Origin: Bryobacterales bacterium
GTDB taxonomy: Bacteria; Acidobacteriota; Terriglobia; Bryobacterales; UBA6623
Reading direction: 5' to 3'
NCBI GenBank assembly: GCA_965248205.1
Contig: CBDFIS010000006.1
Span: 6,476,276 to 6,540,275, forward strand
Length of the DNA: 64,000 nucleotides
The notes beneath the pieces are model-generated. The model saw nothing but the letters and a program-made list of their open reading frames with translations, searched no databases and was not told the DNA's origin. A program made the position numbers and the translations under genes. Positions 52,681 to 61,780 of this stretch are shown piece by piece (the first letter of the stretch is position 1; every line of letters starts with the position of its first letter).

Positions 52681-53859
52681 CTAATCTCGCCACCGAACCA
52701 GTTTGCGATCGATGTCTGAAATCTTGGCCACCCCGGACATTCCCATGTCCAGGGCAAGTTCCGTGCGGAGAAGCTCGAGAACGCGAGAAACGCCCCGCTG
52801 TCCGAAACTAGCCAGCCCCCACAAGTAGGGCCGCGCGATCCCTACCGCGGCCGCGCCCAGCGCAAGCGCTTTCAGAATATCGGTTCCCCGACGGAAGCCG
52901 CCGTCCACCATAACCGGGATCTTTCCCGCGGCCGCCTCGACGCATTCCGGCAAGGCTTCGATCGGCGCGCCGACGTGGTCGAGCTGCCGGGCCCCGTGGC
53001 TTGAGACGATCACCGCCGACATGCCCGTCTCGACGCACTTTTCAGTATCTTCTGCGGTCAGAACGCCCTTGATGACAATCGGAAGGTCGGTTTCGTCGCG
53101 GAGCTGTCGCACCGTGTCCCAGGTCGCGGTGGGGAAGGGCCTCTCCGGATAGTTGCCTGTTCGCCACGCGGTCTCGCCGGGCCGGTAGATCAGATGGCCT
53201 TGGGCATCTCTTGGGATTCCCGTCTCACACCAGCGTCGCACGAACTTATGGCGAATGCTGCGCTCGCGATGGGAGGTGTGCATGATGTCGACAGTAAAAC
53301 AGATGCCGGCGGCCCCCATATCTTCCAGCTTCTCCACGAAATTGAGCATCATGTTCTTGGTGCGGAACTGGCCGCCGGTAGTAAGTTGCCACCAGTTTTT
53401 GGGTCCCTGTCCCGAGGTCAAAAGGGCGTCGATGCCGCCGTTAGTGATCATCATGGCATTCGATTCGGCAGCGGCTTTGGCCACTTCTTCTTCACCATTG
53501 GGGTAGAAACAGTTCTTTCCTCCCGCCGGGCAGATAAAGATGGGGTAGTCCAACGTGCTTCCAACAGCGCTAGTCGAAAGATCGATCTTATGGACGTCGG
53601 TCAAGAACCGAGGCCGGATGATGATGCGGTTGAACGCTTTCCGGCTATCCCGCAATGCGACCTCATCCGCGCCACCCTCGGCCATGTAGTCCCACGCGAC
53701 GGGATCGAGTTTCGATTTCGCTAGCTTGGCGAAGTCGAATACATTGATAAGGTCAAGCAGCGGATCGTCATCAGCGGCCAGGCTCAGACCTTGTAATAAC
53801 GGCGAGGCCAGGAAGAATTGAGCCAGGCCCCGGAGTGCTTGCCGTCGGGTGTGGGTCAT
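52681..53859 (-). CDS. FMN-dependent alpha-hydroxy acid oxidase/dehydrogenase with Tat-like signal
   Basis: TRRQAL; IRPRFL, PIVIKGV, SSHGARQLD, DGGFRRGTDILKALALGA. Confidence 0.9.
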   Translation of the reverse strand: MTHTRRQALRGLAQFFLASPLLQGLSLAADDDPLLDLINVFDFAKLAKSKLDPVAWDYMAEGGADEVALRDSRKAFNRIIIRPRFLTDVHKIDLSTSAVGSTLDYPIFICPAGGKNCFYPNGEEEVAKAAAESNAMMITNGGIDALLTSGQGPKNWWQLTTGGQFRTKNMMLNFVEKLEDMGAAGICFTVDIMHTSHRERSIRHKFVRRWCETGIPRDAQGHLIYRPGETAWRTGNYPERPFPTATWDTVRQLRDETDLPIVIKGVLTAEDTEKCVETGMSAVIVSSHGARQLDHVGAPIEALPECVEAAAGKIPVMVDGGFRRGTDILKALALGAAAVGIARPYLWGLASFGQRGVSRVLELLRTELALDMGMSGVAKISDIDRKLVRWRD

Positions 53860-53910
53860 GCCAACCTACCTAAGCCACCTACAGGTAACCACAGGTGATA
53901 CTAGTGGGTC

Positions 53911-54117
53911 CTAGTTGGGAGACGGTTTGAGGCTCTGCATCACAACCGGGAGGACGAAGAATAGACCGGCCGCGATGCTGATGGCGACTGAATGGAGTAT
54001 GGTATCGTTCCGCCAGCCAGGGTCGCCAAGGAAGCCGCGCCAGCAACCATCGACGATGGGCCACGCAATCGTTGCCGAGGTGAGCCACAGCCCCGCTGTT
54101 TTTGTGGACTTTGACAT
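53911..54117 (-). CDS. Small hypothetical membrane protein
   Basis: 68 aa with two hydrophobic segments; AAGGAG RBS before ATG 54117. Confidence 0.55.
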   Translation of the reverse strand: MSKSTKTAGLWLTSATIAWPIVDGCWRGFLGDPGWRNDTILHSVAISIAAGLFFVLPVVMQSLKPSPN

Positions 54118-54290
54118 GACGTGCTCCTTGGCTAGAGAGTTTACGCGATGAGTTCTTCGATTGTCCACACGTTAGTGGAACCCGTGAAGCCTTCAATCGT
54201 CAAGGACCAGGAATGAGCTGTTCACCTGGCTCCCCGTCCCCGCGCTAAGATCCCACGGGATCTGCAACATACCCTTCAGTGTGCCGCAAA

Positions 54291-55028
54291 CTAACCTGTT
54301 TTGTCGCGGGACGGCGCTCGAAGCTGAATGCAAACTTCGTTGCCGAATGCCGGGAAGATCGCCGCCAAAAACTGGTTGAGGCGCACCCAAGCCTGGTAGT
54401 TCTCCAGGCGGCTGCCGGTCCAGCGAAGGATATGCGAGCCGGCGAAGACCTCCACCTCAAGGCCGAGTCCGGCGGCCAGCCGTTTCCACATTCGCGGATG
54501 GAAGGCGGTGACGTGCTGCCCGAGCTGCCGTCTTCCGGCCTGCAGTTCACGGCCGTATCGCCGCTGATAGTATGCCGCTACGGGCCGCGCCAGTACCGGA
54601 GATCCGACCAGCAAGATTCCGCCCGGCTTGACGACGCGGATTGATTCGCGAAGTGTGTCTTCCGGGTTTCTCAGGTGCTCCAGGATGTGTGAGCAAACGA
54701 TGATGTCAGCCGAGTCGTCGGGAAGTGGCATCGCCTCCTCGAGATTGCATTCGTGAAGTTCGTGATACCCGGCGGCCACTACGTACTCATTAGCGACGTT
54801 GCGGTCCAGTCCGATCCAGCGGGCGTCAGGTACGGGCGGTGCAAGATTTCTTAGCAATCCGATTTCAGAACCGACGTCGATAATGGTGGGTCCGCGGCCA
54901 AGGCGCCTAGCCTCATCGAGGATTGCCTGATAGACCCACCAATAGCGCAGCACCCGGAAGGGGTACTTCGTTCGCTTGGCTCCTTCTCGCAAGGGAAGCG
55001 CCTCCATTGGCGCCCGAAAGTCTTCCAT
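54291..55028 (-). CDS. Class I SAM-dependent methyltransferase
   Basis: IIDVGSEIG, WIGLD, ADIIVCSHILEHL, LKPGG-like VKPGG; start trimmed to ATG 55028. Confidence 0.85.
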   Translation of the reverse strand: MEDFRAPMEALPLREGAKRTKYPFRVLRYWWVYQAILDEARRLGRGPTIIDVGSEIGLLRNLAPPVPDARWIGLDRNVANEYVVAAGYHELHECNLEEAMPLPDDSADIIVCSHILEHLRNPEDTLRESIRVVKPGGILLVGSPVLARPVAAYYQRRYGRELQAGRRQLGQHVTAFHPRMWKRLAAGLGLEVEVFAGSHILRWTGSRLENYQAWVRLNQFLAAIFPAFGNEVCIQLRAPSRDKTG

Positions 55029-55377
55029 GGGAGCCAGCGGCCACGAGAGCAGTTGAAATCGGCGGATGGCTTTCCCTTGCATAAGACGTGTCGGACTCCA
55101 ATCAGGAATTTCCTGAACCTGACAGCACGCAACACCGGGGGGACCTCCGATTTTAGCCGCTTGCCGAGTGGATTGTCGGCGCTGAGCGGCGAGTGTGAGG
55201 CTGTGAAAAACCCCGGGACTGTCCCAAGCGCCTTGCACGGGGGTGGCGTTTTACCAATGATGTACGCGGGGCGCGGGGACTGCACCCAAGGTTTTTTCAC
55301 ACACCCGCGAGCGGTCTAGTCCGCATTTCTCACCAGCGGTCGGCAGGAGTGGAAGCAAATGCCCGCCATTAGTGCTG

Positions 55378-55505
55378 CAGACGCAGCGTTGCAGTAAGAC
55401 AGACGCAGCGTTGCAGTAAGCCGGGCGTACCGTTGCAGTAGAAAGACCCAACCACCGCGCATTCTATCACTTAGACGCACCAAACGGGTCGCGTGTCACT
55501 GCAAC
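55378..55505. repeat. 22-bp-phased direct repeats plus one inverted copy
   Basis: CAGACGCAGCGTTGCAGTAAG twice (55378, 55400); core CGTTGCAGTA at 55387, 55409 and 55431; inverted ACTGCAAC at 55498-55505. Confidence 0.85.
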
Positions 55506-55547
55506 ACACGGCCCGTTAAATGTTTTAGGCTGACGACCACCGAGCCG

Positions 55548-58500
55548 TCATGCGGCCCGCCTCAGCCTTCTGTAGTGGGCGCTCGAAACCTCAGCGGGTA
55601 ACGCCACCGCCCAGCGCAACAGCGCAAGGTGGTCCCATGCCCACCAGGTCACATGCGGTAGCTGCTCACGCAGCCGCGCGATCAGATACTCTTGCTCCCA
55701 CGGCGAGCCGCCGTCGAACCACCCGATCAGGTAGCGCACGTCCGCCTTCGTCCATGCGAACTCGGTGTACGCTAGCTTGATGGCTGCCTCGGCCTTCACC
55801 AGATCCCGATCGGTGCGACCGTGCGCCAGAGCCTCGACCTTCAGGCGGTCAAATCCCGACCCGCTCTTCTGCTTCCATGCGGTAGGCATGTTTACGGCGC
55901 GATTCAAGCGCCCTCCCACCTTCGAGAAGCCCGTCTGCACTGAAACATCCTGGTTTACGTCAGCGGGCCACAGTAGCTCAAATTTGGCCCCTGCATGGGT
56001 GCTCAGAACGTGGGTCCGAATCGCCGCGACGTGATCCTTGAGCCGGTCGGCGAGAAAGTTCGCGTCCGCTGAGCTGTTCACCGTCGGGTCGTCGGTCGGC
56101 AGGATAAAGCTGTCGAGCGCCCGACCGAGCGCCGCCTGCGCCGCCGCCTTCGTCGCGTCGTCGTAGTAGGCCATCCCGCCGTCCGTGTTGGTCGAGGCGT
56201 TGTAGTTCGAGAAGTACCAATGGCCGATCTCACCGATCTGCAACCACACCGGCACACCCGCCGCATTCATCAGATCGGCAAACTCCAGGAACTCTTTCTT
56301 GTGGTAGGCGAGCACGTCGTCGGAAAAGGCTAGCTGCTCGCCGACGAGCGTCCCGAACACGTTCGCCGTGAGCACCTTGTCGCCGTCTAGATAACGCGCC
56401 GTGAAAACCTTCCCGCTCGCCGGGTCGTCGGGCGGATTCGCCATTTCCATATTGAGCGCCTGGACGACGGTCCAGCCCTTCGCTAGGATCTCCCCGTAGA
56501 AGTCGCTGTGCCAGTCACGAGCCGCACGGTTCACCACCTGAGAAGCGGCCTCGTCCACCGTCCATGTCCCCTCGACGCCGCCAGTGAGCGAGCCGCTTTC
56601 GCTGATCGTCCCGCTCGCACTAGACTTGCTGGTCGAGAACGTGAATGAGAACACGGGCGACCGGTTTGTGATCGTCAGAACGTTGCTCGACACCGAGGCC
56701 CGCACGCCGCTGAAGGTCTCGTTAATGAAGCGCTCGAAGTGCGCCGCGATGGTGTCGTTCGTATCTGCCGGGAAAACGCTCTTGCCGATCGTCGTCCCGC
56801 CTATCGCGAGGAAGGCCGAATCCCCGTCCGCCCAAACACCTCCGAACGTGACCGTCACACTGGGGAACGAGCCGCCGACCCGCTTGCGCTCGGAGTGGAA
56901 GTAGATCAGCGTCGCGTGGTTCACGTCGCCCTGAAAACCGGACCACTCGATCGCCTTGACCAGCGCAGTGGGCGCACGCAGGTAGGTCGCATTGGTATCG
57001 AAGTCGGTCGAGATACCGACGTCGGTGTAGACCTGCGGCGCAGCCGGAACGTCGCTCCGCTCGACCACCGCCTCGATCACGTCGACGAACCCGTAGAAGT
57101 CGGACGAAGCCCCGTTCTTCGTGCTCTTCAGCGTCAGCTCTAAGGTGTGCTTTCCGGCAGCGACCGCTGGGCGCACCTTACGTCGCGTCACCACCGGAGG
57201 CTCGGCGTTCAGGTACATATCGAGGTCCGTCTTCGCATCGCCGTCGAGCGACACCTCGAAGATCCCGCGATCACTGTAGAGCGACGTACCCACCTGGAGG
57301 TCATGGGTGTGCTGGCAGTGGTACGTGAAGGTCACTTTATCGCCCGGCGTCGCCGCTCGACGCGCGAAGCCCTGCTCGTAAAAACCGGCCTCATCACTCC
57401 ACGACGAGCCACTATAGACGGCCCACTGATCCCGCGCGCTCACCCGCACCGACTTGTCGAGATCCATCACCTTCAGCGCCCGCTTGCTCTCGGCGTCGGT
57501 GACAGTCCAGTTCGTGACGACCGCCGAGAACTCCTCGGATGTGAACGCGCCGCTGTGAATCAGCCGAGGCGCGAAGGTAAGCCACGCTTGCCGGACGCTC
57601 GTGATTCCAAGCGCCGAGAAGTCGAGGGTCACCTGCCATGTCGTAGACGAGTCCCCGCCCGTGAACGCAACACTCGCTTGCGTGGTCTTCAGATTGTTGT
57701 TTTTCCAGATCGAAGACATCTCGATCGAGTTGCCGTCGTAGCCGCCACGCTCGGCGAGATACAGCACGTTGGTTTGACTTCCGGCGCTCGCCGTTAGGGT
57801 AATCTGCGTCGGTGAGTCCACGGTCGAGACGGTGTAGGGGACCTGGTTGATTCGGATCGTCGAGCTACCCGCGATCCCTGGGAACTTCGCGCCGCTCACC
57901 CACGTAACCGTCGTCCCGCTGGTGTCTACGCGGCCCGCTCGCTCGGCCTTGATCGTGAGGTTGCTGCCAGAGCGATCCGCGCGTAGAGCAAAGGGACTGT
58001 CGCTGGTCCAGTCGCGGTTATTGATCTGGTCGCGGATGTCGTCGATGGCCGCGCCCAAGGGGTCGCCGCTCGGGGGGTCCGTCACGATGTGATCAAAAGC
58101 TAGGTTTTGGAACCACAGCGTCACGCGATCGAATGCCTGAATTCCGTTGTCCTCGAAGGTGAACGTGCCCGAGGCGACGCCGAGCGTGCCGCCGACTTTC
58201 TTCGCGTGATCAAAGAGCTTCACGGTCGCCGTGGAGCCGTCTTGCTTGATCACCTGCAATAGATCGGCCTTCGTGAAGTCCACGAAAAACGGACTGTCGA
58301 GCGGAAACACGTTCGTGTAGGCCACATCGAACTTGAGCGTCAAGCCGCTGAAATCGAAGTCCGGCAAGTAGCGCCAGCGCGGGTGCCCGAAGGGGTCATC
58401 GGCGTCGTAGAGCACCAGCACGGCAAAGTCCGCCGAGTCTTTCCACACGCCGCTAACAGTGAAGCCCGAGGCGCTCGCGGAATGCAGCGCCGCCGCCGCG

Positions 58501-58565
58501 CCCCGGCGATCGAACCCGCGAAGGTGCATCGTGAGATAGTCGAGCTTTCGGAGCGTGTCAGACAC
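55548..58565 (-). CDS. Large tail-associated protein (non-contractile-tail-associated TIM-barrel-like C-terminus, CBM-like central domains)
   Basis: 1005 aa; GHPRWRY...DFSGLTLKFD and VWLQIGEIGHWYF...FDRLKVEA resemble alphaproteobacterial GTA/phage tail proteins (recalled similarity, not searched). Confidence 0.6.
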   Translation of the reverse strand: MSDTLRKLDYLTMHLRGFDRRGAAAALHSASASGFTVSGVWKDSADFAVLVLYDADDPFGHPRWRYLPDFDFSGLTLKFDVAYTNVFPLDSPFFVDFTKADLLQVIKQDGSTATVKLFDHAKKVGGTLGVASGTFTFEDNGIQAFDRVTLWFQNLAFDHIVTDPPSGDPLGAAIDDIRDQINNRDWTSDSPFALRADRSGSNLTIKAERAGRVDTSGTTVTWVSGAKFPGIAGSSTIRINQVPYTVSTVDSPTQITLTASAGSQTNVLYLAERGGYDGNSIEMSSIWKNNNLKTTQASVAFTGGDSSTTWQVTLDFSALGITSVRQAWLTFAPRLIHSGAFTSEEFSAVVTNWTVTDAESKRALKVMDLDKSVRVSARDQWAVYSGSSWSDEAGFYEQGFARRAATPGDKVTFTYHCQHTHDLQVGTSLYSDRGIFEVSLDGDAKTDLDMYLNAEPPVVTRRKVRPAVAAGKHTLELTLKSTKNGASSDFYGFVDVIEAVVERSDVPAAPQVYTDVGISTDFDTNATYLRAPTALVKAIEWSGFQGDVNHATLIYFHSERKRVGGSFPSVTVTFGGVWADGDSAFLAIGGTTIGKSVFPADTNDTIAAHFERFINETFSGVRASVSSNVLTITNRSPVFSFTFSTSKSSASGTISESGSLTGGVEGTWTVDEAASQVVNRAARDWHSDFYGEILAKGWTVVQALNMEMANPPDDPASGKVFTARYLDGDKVLTANVFGTLVGEQLAFSDDVLAYHKKEFLEFADLMNAAGVPVWLQIGEIGHWYFSNYNASTNTDGGMAYYDDATKAAAQAALGRALDSFILPTDDPTVNSSADANFLADRLKDHVAAIRTHVLSTHAGAKFELLWPADVNQDVSVQTGFSKVGGRLNRAVNMPTAWKQKSGSGFDRLKVEALAHGRTDRDLVKAEAAIKLAYTEFAWTKADVRYLIGWFDGGSPWEQEYLIARLREQLPHVTWWAWDHLALLRWAVALPAEVSSAHYRRLRRAA

Positions 58566-58576
58566 ACTAAGTCATT

Positions 58577-59593
58577 TCAGCTTCTAAGAAACGCATCTGC
58601 CTTCTGCTGCCGGATGAAATCGGTGAATCCGCCGTCAAATGCCTCGATCTCTCGATGGGGTACGGATTTTCGCAGCTTGTCACGAACTTTCCCCGCCGTG
58701 TCCTTGCCACTCGCAACGACCATGAGACTCACTTCGCGTCGCACGTTCTTCTTAAGGAGATCAAGAAACGGGATTTCACTTGCTCGCCATCCGATCGACA
58801 GTAGCCTCGTGACTTTTGGGAGGCACGCGCGCAATGCCTGGAGGTGTTCATCTGGGCACTCGTGATGGCGCTTGGTCTCAACCGGGATAGCCAAAGCGGG
58901 GAAAAGATCAATCTCCTTCACTACTCCGCTGACGACGTTCGAGGTGATCACGCGGTACCGCTGGCTGACCTTGAGATTCGGTGCTCGCTCTATCAGTTCT
59001 TGGGCGATCTGCTCGGAATTGAGACTCCCACTCGGAAGTACGTCATCTAGTTCGCGCCCCCAATTGACCGACCCGTGGATCTTTATGAGCTTCCACTCAT
59101 CGCCTGAGATGTAAGCGTTGATGTCCCCGATCGGCTTGCCAATTGTGCCGAGAGCTCTGTCTAGGAGCGTGTCATAGTTGAAGGTGACTAGGCAGGTTTC
59201 CTCTCCTTTGCTAGAGTGCCTTATCTGGTCAAGGAGGGTCGCATAGTTCGTTACTCCTCTTGTGACGTTGTTCCAGCGGTCGACACATTCCGAAAGCATC
59301 ACTTGAAGGTAGAAGCGTATCGCCGCAAGTTGGCGGTGTCGCTCGGGGTCGCGGTCGGACTGAGAATTAAACTCTTCGAGTCGCTGCTCTACTGAGACGC
59401 CCTTTGGACGGTGCCGGAGAGGGTCAATGATCGGCAGACACCGTCGAAACCTGGAGGCAACTTGGCTGAACTCATCCCTGTCGGCGAACAGTTCATCTGC
59501 AAGCGGTGGCCGGTGCCGATGCGGCTTTAAACCTGGTGGGAGCGACGGAGCGGAATCGTACGAGGCACCTGCCCCGAAGATCACCATCAGCAT
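58577..59593 (-). CDS. SIR2-like (SIR2_2) protein
   Basis: VIFGAGAS, TFNYDTLLD, IKIHGSVNW, LSIGW motifs. Confidence 0.85.
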   Translation of the reverse strand: MLMVIFGAGASYDSAPSLPPGLKPHRHRPPLADELFADRDEFSQVASRFRRCLPIIDPLRHRPKGVSVEQRLEEFNSQSDRDPERHRQLAAIRFYLQVMLSECVDRWNNVTRGVTNYATLLDQIRHSSKGEETCLVTFNYDTLLDRALGTIGKPIGDINAYISGDEWKLIKIHGSVNWGRELDDVLPSGSLNSEQIAQELIERAPNLKVSQRYRVITSNVVSGVVKEIDLFPALAIPVETKRHHECPDEHLQALRACLPKVTRLLSIGWRASEIPFLDLLKKNVRREVSLMVVASGKDTAGKVRDKLRKSVPHREIEAFDGGFTDFIRQQKADAFLRS

Positions 59594-59629
59594 TGGCTCA
59601 CCCTAGCACGGCCTTTGACCAGAGGCACC

Positions 59630-61780
59630 TCAGAATCTCACGCTCGCGACCAGCCGCTCGCCGGGAAAATCCGAGCCGACTTGGGTCAAGTCGATCGACA
59701 CGGGCGTATCTTTGTTGACGAAGCCCAGCTCGGCGAACGCCGCTGTCGAGCCGCTCGTTTGTCCGGCAGTGATCTTCACGCCGGTAATGACCTTCACGCC
59801 TCCCACAACTACATCGACCAGCAGGTCAGCGCCGGTAGGCGCTTTGTTGTCGTCCACCCGCAGCAAGACGTCTTTGATGGGCATCGCCCGCTCGATGGTC
59901 AGCGGTGGCCCCGCGCTCGACGCGATCGCCAGCAGTCCGTCGATCACAAAGTCGAGCTGCCCGCCGTTGAAGACCCGCAGCCCGTTGTTTTGGAAGCCGG
60001 TTGTGAAGTTGTTCGTCGTCGTCGGTGAATCGCCCTTGCGGTTCGTCACGAAGCAATCAACGGCCACGACACGCTGCCCGCCCAGCTCGGCCTGCCCTTG
60101 CCACGAGCCGCCCACCGAGCCAGCAAGCCCGCTGAAGGCGTTGAAGGGGAACACGAACGGGAAGTCGGTGCGCGTGATCCCCCACAGCTTCGCGCCCGAC
60201 GAGTGCGCCTCGGCGGTCGAGCCTTCCTGGGCGCGCGCGACGGTGATCGCGTTGCCGGTGATCGTGTCCACCTTAACGATCTCGCCGCCGATCGCCACCA
60301 GCTCGCCAGCCGTGAGCTTCGTACCATCGGCCACTGTCCACGAGGTTGCGCTCGTGTCTACCGCCGTGCTCAGGGTCGTCGCCTCGCTTGCGATGTCACT
60401 GCGGTGATGGACCTGGAACGTCGCGGTGTCGATGAACTTCGTCGAGTTGTCGAGCTGAGAAAACCCGATCCCCGCGAAGCGTACAAGGCCGTCTTGCTGA
60501 ACCGCTACGCCGAAGCTCGGGGTCGGTGGACGTGCGATCGCCGAAACGATCACGCCGCCTTCAAAGTCCTGGTTCGGATCAGCCGCGTCGGTGAACGCGG
60601 CCACGTCGTACTCTTGCAACAAAAACTCGCGCTCTTCGCCCGGAAGCTCCCCGGCCTCGATCACCTCGAAGGCTTTCTTGCCGTCCCATGGCGCGAGCGT
60701 GTGCTCCACATCGACGCGATCGCCGGGCAGTAAGTGGATCGAGTCCTGCAACCCGCGCAGGCTCACCATACGACGGTCATCGACCGCGCGGGTGAGGAAG
60801 TAAGTGCCTATCCGCCGCGCCTGTTGCTGGGTCGTGTTGCCGAGGTCGAGTTCCTTCTCGATCACCTTGCCGATGAGATCCTGCGCCGACTCCCGCTCGC
60901 CGAAGATGCTCGCGACAGCGAAATCGTTGTCGAGATCCCGGAACTTGAGCCGCAGCCTGTTGGTAGCAGCACTGATGTCGCGCGTCCAAAACCGAAAAGA
61001 CCCGTCCCCGACGTTGGAAGGAACCTTGTCGGTGAAGGTGTGCGACGCGACGCGCGTTTGGTCGATGCGGATCGAGATTTTTCCTCCGTCATCCATGAGG
61101 AAGCCCCGACAAGTATTCAAGAGCGCTTGAAGCGCTTCGCCGAAACTGACCTGCTTCGGAAAGGCGACGTGGCTCTCGAAGCGTGTAACCGTCTGGCTGT
61201 TGACCGTGATTTGCGCGTCGCAGTAAGCGGCCTCGGTTGCAAAGGACGCGAAGTCGATCCGGCTGGTCGGCTCGCGCATGAGCAGCATGTCGAGGACCTG
61301 CCACACCGGGTTAGCGCTGTAGACGGTCGAGAGCGGCGTTCCGTTCGGGTCGTAGGTCCCGACCTTGCGTGTCTTGTATTTCCCGAGAACGAGGAACTCG
61401 CTCGTCGGAGCCTCGATGTCCTCTGTCGATCGGATCGCGACGTAGGCCGTACGGGAGAAGGTGAGGCCCTGAATTTCAGCGGGAAACCAGAGGTCGATCT
61501 TCTGGTCGCCATCGACGCCGCCCGTGCCGGTCTCGCCGTCTTTGCCGGGATGAAAGTGGAATTTGTCGCTGGCGAGCACCAGGCCGTTCAAGCGAAGCTC
61601 TTCCACGCTATCCCACTCACCCTCGCCGAGCGCGACCATCAGGATCGTGACGTTGTTTGTGGCGTCGTCATCACGCAGAACAACGTTGCCCGCGACCAGG
61701 TGACGACCGTAGGCGAGCGCCACCGGCTTGTTCTGGCTGGCCGTCAAGCGATCGAGGAGTTCCGTCGTTATGAGACTCAT
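59630..61780 (-). CDS. Phage tail tip/host-specificity protein (J-like, Phage-tail_3 type)
   Basis: KPVALAYG, ALGEGE, NPVWQVLDML, IDFASF...AAYCD, RLRLKFRD, LLPGDRV. Confidence 0.85.
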   Translation of the reverse strand: MSLITTELLDRLTASQNKPVALAYGRHLVAGNVVLRDDDATNNVTILMVALGEGEWDSVEELRLNGLVLASDKFHFHPGKDGETGTGGVDGDQKIDLWFPAEIQGLTFSRTAYVAIRSTEDIEAPTSEFLVLGKYKTRKVGTYDPNGTPLSTVYSANPVWQVLDMLLMREPTSRIDFASFATEAAYCDAQITVNSQTVTRFESHVAFPKQVSFGEALQALLNTCRGFLMDDGGKISIRIDQTRVASHTFTDKVPSNVGDGSFRFWTRDISAATNRLRLKFRDLDNDFAVASIFGERESAQDLIGKVIEKELDLGNTTQQQARRIGTYFLTRAVDDRRMVSLRGLQDSIHLLPGDRVDVEHTLAPWDGKKAFEVIEAGELPGEEREFLLQEYDVAAFTDAADPNQDFEGGVIVSAIARPPTPSFGVAVQQDGLVRFAGIGFSQLDNSTKFIDTATFQVHHRSDIASEATTLSTAVDTSATSWTVADGTKLTAGELVAIGGEIVKVDTITGNAITVARAQEGSTAEAHSSGAKLWGITRTDFPFVFPFNAFSGLAGSVGGSWQGQAELGGQRVVAVDCFVTNRKGDSPTTTNNFTTGFQNNGLRVFNGGQLDFVIDGLLAIASSAGPPLTIERAMPIKDVLLRVDDNKAPTGADLLVDVVVGGVKVITGVKITAGQTSGSTAAFAELGFVNKDTPVSIDLTQVGSDFPGERLVASVRF

